From NCBI RefSeq assembly GCF_009914755.1, contig NC_060940.1: DNA of 64,000 nt; one strand, written 5' to 3'. Under the pieces are notes generated by a model. That model made no database searches and had not been told where the DNA came from. It was given only the letters and a program-made list of their open reading frames with translations. The translations under genes and the position numbers were made by a program. Below, piece by piece: positions 59,408 to 64,000 of this stretch. Within the stretch, counting starts at the first letter, position 1. Each line of letters begins with the position of its first letter. This stretch comes from the human T2T-CHM13v2.0 reference genome, Homo sapiens.

Positions 59408-59760
59408 GGCCTCTGGCCTTATACCGCTGTTTATTACCTCAGGCAAACTCTCTCTCTCACTCCTTTTCCCTCTCTGTTTCTTTAAATCTGTAAACCACAA
59501 AGCAGCATGCCAGCAACACCGTGGGTCAAGATATCAAAAGAGGGAACTTTTATAGGTTTCCTCGATAACATGGACAATAAAAGAAGAAGGGCGCACAAGC
59601 AGCATTACTGACCTTATTTGATGCTGTTCAGTAAAGAGAGACGGCTCTTCCACCGCCTGCCCGTGTAGGTCCGGGCCATCGGTGTGTGAAGAGGGAAGCT
59701 CTGTATCAACACCTGGTCTGGGTTTTCTTACACTCCTATGCCAAAGCCCTCCAAATGTTT
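59260..59760. promoter_or_regulatory. CpG-retaining regulatory/exon-like island
   Basis: X-box-like GTTGCTATGGCTGC (59321), poly-T and CT tracts, a CpG cluster at 59640-59685, and a minus-strand donor AAG|GTCAGT at 59613/59612. Confidence 0.4.
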
Positions 59761-61170
59761 TCGGCAAATAATACCCAAATAAATGGAAGGTTACTGAATA
59801 CATGAAACTCACTGCAGCAAGAAATTGCTTTTCGACGCCCAGTATATACAGACAAACTGTTTTTCTCCCCACACTCACACATATGAATATCGGTAGGAAT
59901 TTAGACTCTGCTAAGGACATGTGTGCTATGAAAGCAGAGGTCTGTCTTCCAAATATGATCGCTGTTAATCAGCAGTACTTACGCTGCCATAAGCTATATA
60001 TTTTGGTGATTAGTATTAGAAGGAGAATGTTGGAGCTCATTGTCATAATGTTTCATGAAGACACATCATGTTGAAACAAAATGCATGTTTCTTTGGCCTG
60101 ACGTGCCTGCTGGTTTTCATGTGATATGGGTCCAAGAGGAAAACGTCTTTAGCAGGCCTTAGGAATAACTGCTTCCACAACCATATGGGCTAGGCGAAGT
60201 CCTAGATGAGTAGAAATGAAACAGAACACTCCTGCTTTCACGTGAAACTCTTTTTTTGTTTTCCAAATAGTTAAAGTCACTTTAATCATCTATTTTCAAG
60301 GAAGATATATTTTCTCTCACAGTAAGAAACTGCAAAGGAAATAACCCCTTTTTTCTTCAGGTCCCCAAAGATCCCAGCTCCTAACTTTTAGTCGCATCAA
60401 AATCTCCTAAGAGAATCTAGTCTATGCCTCCATTGTCCAGCCTTAACAGAGAAAAAAGATCAATCATTTGAGTAGAAGTAAAAGCAGGAAGAGGATCAAG
60501 AGTTATTTTCTCCTATGCTGAAAATTCCATTCCCTGGCTCCTAAGAAGTTGCATACACAGTTTCCTTTGACTTTTTCAAGTATTTTTTAACCACTTGCTC
60601 TTTAAATAATACCAGTCTGAAAATCATCTCATTGTCCACCACCTTCACTGTTTTCTAGATGAGATACTGTGCTCGGTGAACATACTCCTCAATGGCAACC
60701 AAGACTGTGAACACCATATTTGCCAATTCCAGAGTCACTCTCACGCAAAGCCATCAACCTGCTCACTGTCAGAGGCCTCTGAGGACATCAGTGAGGGCTG
60801 GGCTGAGCCTAGGCCCACAGAGAGATGCAGGCACGTACTGCTTGGGCTATGCTTCCTAAATGTAGGGATTTTGGACCCAGGAAAATGAGATGCTCTTTTA
60901 GAATAGATGGTAGGGGTCATCTCAGAGACCCAGTTTCCCCAGCTGTTTCCAGAAACAGCAGCCCTGGCCCTGCCTACCCAGCAGGAGTTACCCCAAAGCA
61001 CCAGGCCAGCCTGACCCAGAGCCTCATTCTCCACCCGTCCATCTGCAGCCTGGAGCATGTCTCCACCTTTATGAATATTTATTTTGGGCCCAGCAAATTC
61101 ATGTGAGATTTGATGTGTCCTTCCCACTCTCCTCTCCACAGACCCCACGAAGTATTAAACACATGCTATC

Positions 61171-61463
61171 ATCCCAGCACTTTGGGAGGCCAAGGCGGGA
61201 GGATCACTTAAGGCCAGGAATTTGAGACCAGCCTGAGCAACATAGCGAGACCTCATCTCTACGACAAATTTAAAAACTTAGCCAGGCCTGTGGGTGCACA
61301 CCTGTGGTCCCAGCTACTCAAGAGGCTAAGGTGGCAGGATCGCTTGAGCTCAGGAGGTCGAGGCTACAGTGAGCTGTGATCACAGCACTACACTCCAGCC
61401 TGGGGGACACAGCAAGACTGGTCTCAAAAAAATAAAAATAAAAATAAAAATAAAACAGAAAAA
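61171..61463 (+). mobile_element. AluJ, 5'-truncated
   Basis: Starts ATCCCAGCACTTTGGG, has an (AAAAAT)n tail and a degenerate TSD CAT(G/A)CTATCA. Confidence 0.92.
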
Positions 61464-61722
61464 GCCATACTATCAAACACACAAAACTAGGAATCCAATT
61501 CTATTTATTTGGCAGATGACCTAGAGGCTCCAAAAATGCCAAGAGCAAGTGCTTGGTCCCTGCATGCAGAGACGGATGCCTGGTCCTGCCATCACCCCTT
61601 TTCCTTACATGGGACGCTTGGATGAGAGAGAGGCGGCTCGCGAGGCAAATACGGGAGTGCAGTCGCCATTCCTCCTTCTGTCTTCCCTCCCAGCCCTGTC
61701 CTCCTGCCCTCCTGTTTGGTGG

Positions 61723-61727
<5 letters not shown>

Positions 61728-61758
<31 letters not shown>

Positions 61759-62041
61759 CCCTGAGATGGAGTCTCACTCTGTCACCCAGGCTGGAGTGCA
61801 GTGGCACATCTAGGTTCACCGCAACCTCTGCCTCCTGGGTTAAAGCAATTCTTCTGCCTCAGCCTCCTGAGTAGCTAGGACTATAGGCACCTGCCACCGT
61901 GCCTGGCTAATTTTTGTATTTTTAGTAGAGACGGGGTTTCACCATGTTGGCCAGGATGGTCTCGATCTCTTGACCTCGTGATCTGCCCACCTCGGCCTCC
62001 CAAAATGCTTGGATTACAGGCTCGAGCAACCGCGCCCGGCC
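61728..62041 (-). mobile_element. AluSc
   Basis: GGATGGTCTCGATCTCTTGACCTCGTG diagnostic and TSD CTGTTTGGTGGTTCT (61712 / 62042). Confidence 0.95.
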
Positions 62042-62593
62042 CTGTTTGGTGGTTCTTTTAGCTTAATGTGGTGACAACACAGCTCCCTTAGTGATGTCAA
62101 ATCCCTTGCACGAATGCAGAAAGCGTTTTTCTCCCACACACTTTCAAGTGGCCTTAATGGAGCCTGTGGGAAGGCTGACTGCTCACAGTGGAACCAGAAC
62201 ATTTGGGTGGGCCTGGGGCGGGGGCTGCACAGGGTGGGACTGGGCTGAGATGTTTGAATGACAGTATGGTGATGTCAGTGCGACCTGAGCATTTCTAAAC
62301 ATGCAGAATTTTTTTTTTCCCAACGTCCTTATTTTTATACAACTGAGCTAAATGGACAGACACCTGTCCATTGTGACCACTTGAATTGGTGGAGTTTATA
62401 CGTCCAGGTGGAATGAGATGACTCTTAACAGGAGTATTGGTCTACAGGGTAACCTCTCATTTTTCAGTGTCACAAACTAGACTCTAAAATACTGAATAAA
62501 TCTGTTCATGATAAGGCGTTTTTGTAAGTGACTTGATATCATTATCTTCATTTGATATAGCAGGAAATATCTGGATTTAAAAGGAATCTGCAT

Positions 62594-62784
62594 GGGGTTG
62601 CCAGACTTAGCTAGTTAAAACAAAAAGATGCCCAGTTAAATGTGAATTTTAGATAAACAATGCACAATTTTTTTAGGTATAAATATGTCTCATGCAATAG
62701 TTGAGGCATACTCATACTAAAAAAAAATATCATGTATCTGAAATTCAAATTTAATTGGCATGTTGTATTTTATTTGGGAACCCT
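62594..62784. mobile_element. MER53 palindromic hAT MITE
   Basis: GGGTTGCCAGA...GATGCCCAGTTAAATGTGAATTTTAGATA...ATCTGAAATTCAAATTTAATTGG...GGGAACCCT. Confidence 0.88.
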
Positions 62785-62963
62785 AAACCTTCAGAGCGTG
62801 TGTGTGTGTGTGTTGGGAAGGGGTTAGAGCAATGGAACTTCACTCTGTTGTGTAAATTTTGGGGGAAATGTATTCCTAACCCCTGGCTCCTTGCTTGGAT
62901 AGAAATATGGCCACTGAAGAGAAGATCAGATGAGCTTTGTAGTTTTTAACCGTATATTTCCAG

Positions 62964-63044
62964 GTGCCTGGGGACCACGGGAAGGAGAAGGGTTGCACAG
63001 GCGATCCTGAATCACCACGTGAGGAGGAGGCTCGGCTCGGGCAG
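62964..63044 (+). other. Candidate 81-nt cassette exon
   Basis: Acceptor TTTTTAACCGTATATTTCCAG|G, donor CAG|GTATGT, purine-rich ESE-like runs and retained CpGs. Confidence 0.4.
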
Positions 63045-63599
63045 GTATGTTTTTCAACACGGCTCTAACAGAGCGCACACAGGTGATTAACATTCCTCTG
63101 CTGAGGTTTATGACTTCATTAGAATATTTCTCATCATAACTGAATAGGTAAAAAATACCTGGCTATTAAATACAAGTCTATCCCTCAGGATGACCAGATT
63201 ATCACTTGAATTTAAAATCTTTCTGAATTTTTAATAGTGCATAACAAATACGATTATTTATGCACTTTCTTCCAGTACTCAACTTGCCAGGCCTACAATT
63301 ATATGGAACGCCTTCAGTTTCAATGGGAGGGATTAATTGGAGCTGTGCATCTCGGCCTGGTCCCCCCTTTCCTTGTGACCTGGAGGAAGCCTGTCCGGAA
63401 TCCTTTGGAGGCACCGGCAGGGCCTGGCTCTGTGTTATTTAGAAACCCCTGGTAATTAGCAGCGGGGAGATGTAAGAGCCGTGGTGTAAAGGGAGCAGCT
63501 GGGAATCCATAAAGCTGGCTGATGAGAAAGTCAAGTGGAGGCCTGCCTGGCTGAAACATCTTCAATAGATCTGTAGTCTGGGCTTGAACCCTGCCCTCT

Positions 63600-63823
63600 C
63601 ACCTCAGGGTCCGATATTTCTTTCTTTTCCATTTTTTTCCTCTGCCCAAGTCCCCCGCCCCCACCTTCTCTTCTCCTCCCAGCTTCTCTATCAAGGAATG
63701 ATGTACTCAGACTGTGAATAAATGCGAGTGACCCCCATCTGCCCACCCCCACTTCCCAGAGCCTTCTGCTGGAGAAGGGGGTGGGGGAGGGAGGACAGAG
63801 AGAGAGGGAGAGAGAGAGCGAGA

Positions 63824-63862
<39 letters not shown>

Positions 63863-63992
63863 GGAGAGAGGCAGAGGGAGAAAGGTACAAGAGAGAGAAG
63901 GGAAGAGAGAGAGGGAGATAGAGCGAAAAAGGAGGGTCCCCGACTTCCTCACAGGTAATTAAAAGGACTGTTTTCAAGGTTGCATGGGCAAA
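63600..63992 (+). promoter_or_regulatory. Promoter/first-exon-like island with a (GA)n leader and donor site
   Basis: GC box CCCCGCCCCC (~63653-63662), (GA)n at 63797-63920, donor CAG|GTAATT at 63954/63955 and X-box-like GTTGCATGGGCAAA (63979-63992). Confidence 0.5.
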
Positions 63993-64000
63993 GACAATTC

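Noticed and set aside
59534-59920. 128-aa minus-strand ORF as a coding exon
   Set aside because: It has no recognisable homology or codon structure, and the region is better explained as regulatory or non-coding.
62701-62721. miR-1302 family member from MER53
   Set aside because: TTGAGGCATACTCATACTAAA differs from the recalled miR-1302 sequence (TTGGGACATACTTATGCTAAA) at 4 positions, two of them in the seed, and the hairpin arms are degenerate.

Overview
This is primate (most likely human) intronic or intergenic genomic DNA, not microbial. It contains about 17 Alu elements (mostly J and S subfamilies), simian-specific THE1 LTRs, MLT1/LTR33/LTR16/MER61 LTRs, L2/MIR/L1M fossils and DNA-transposon relics (Tigger3b, MER20, MER33, MER53, MER63, MER91). 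There is also a ~3 kb decayed ERVL provirus (LTR, tRNA-Leu primer-binding site, gag, RNase H remnant). No ORF in the six-frame track is a credible protein-coding gene: they are Alu-, microsatellite- or chance-derived. There are no CRISPR arrays, rRNAs or tRNAs. The most interesting non-repeat signal is four CpG-retaining, promoter- or exon-like islands (~3.1-4.2 kb, ~24.5-25.3 kb, ~59.3-59.8 kb, ~63.0-64.0 kb). They share (GA/CT)n tracts, RFX X-box-like motifs and good splice sites. Together they suggest a multi-promoter non-coding (or long 5'-UTR) + strand transcription unit overlapped by a candidate 3-exon antisense RNA (exon 1 ending 24567, exon 2 22007-21845, exon 3 from 21701 with AATAAA). 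Repeat names come from my recall of consensus sequences, not from a RepeatMasker run. I could not identify the host gene, and all exon and promoter calls are sequence-based inference.
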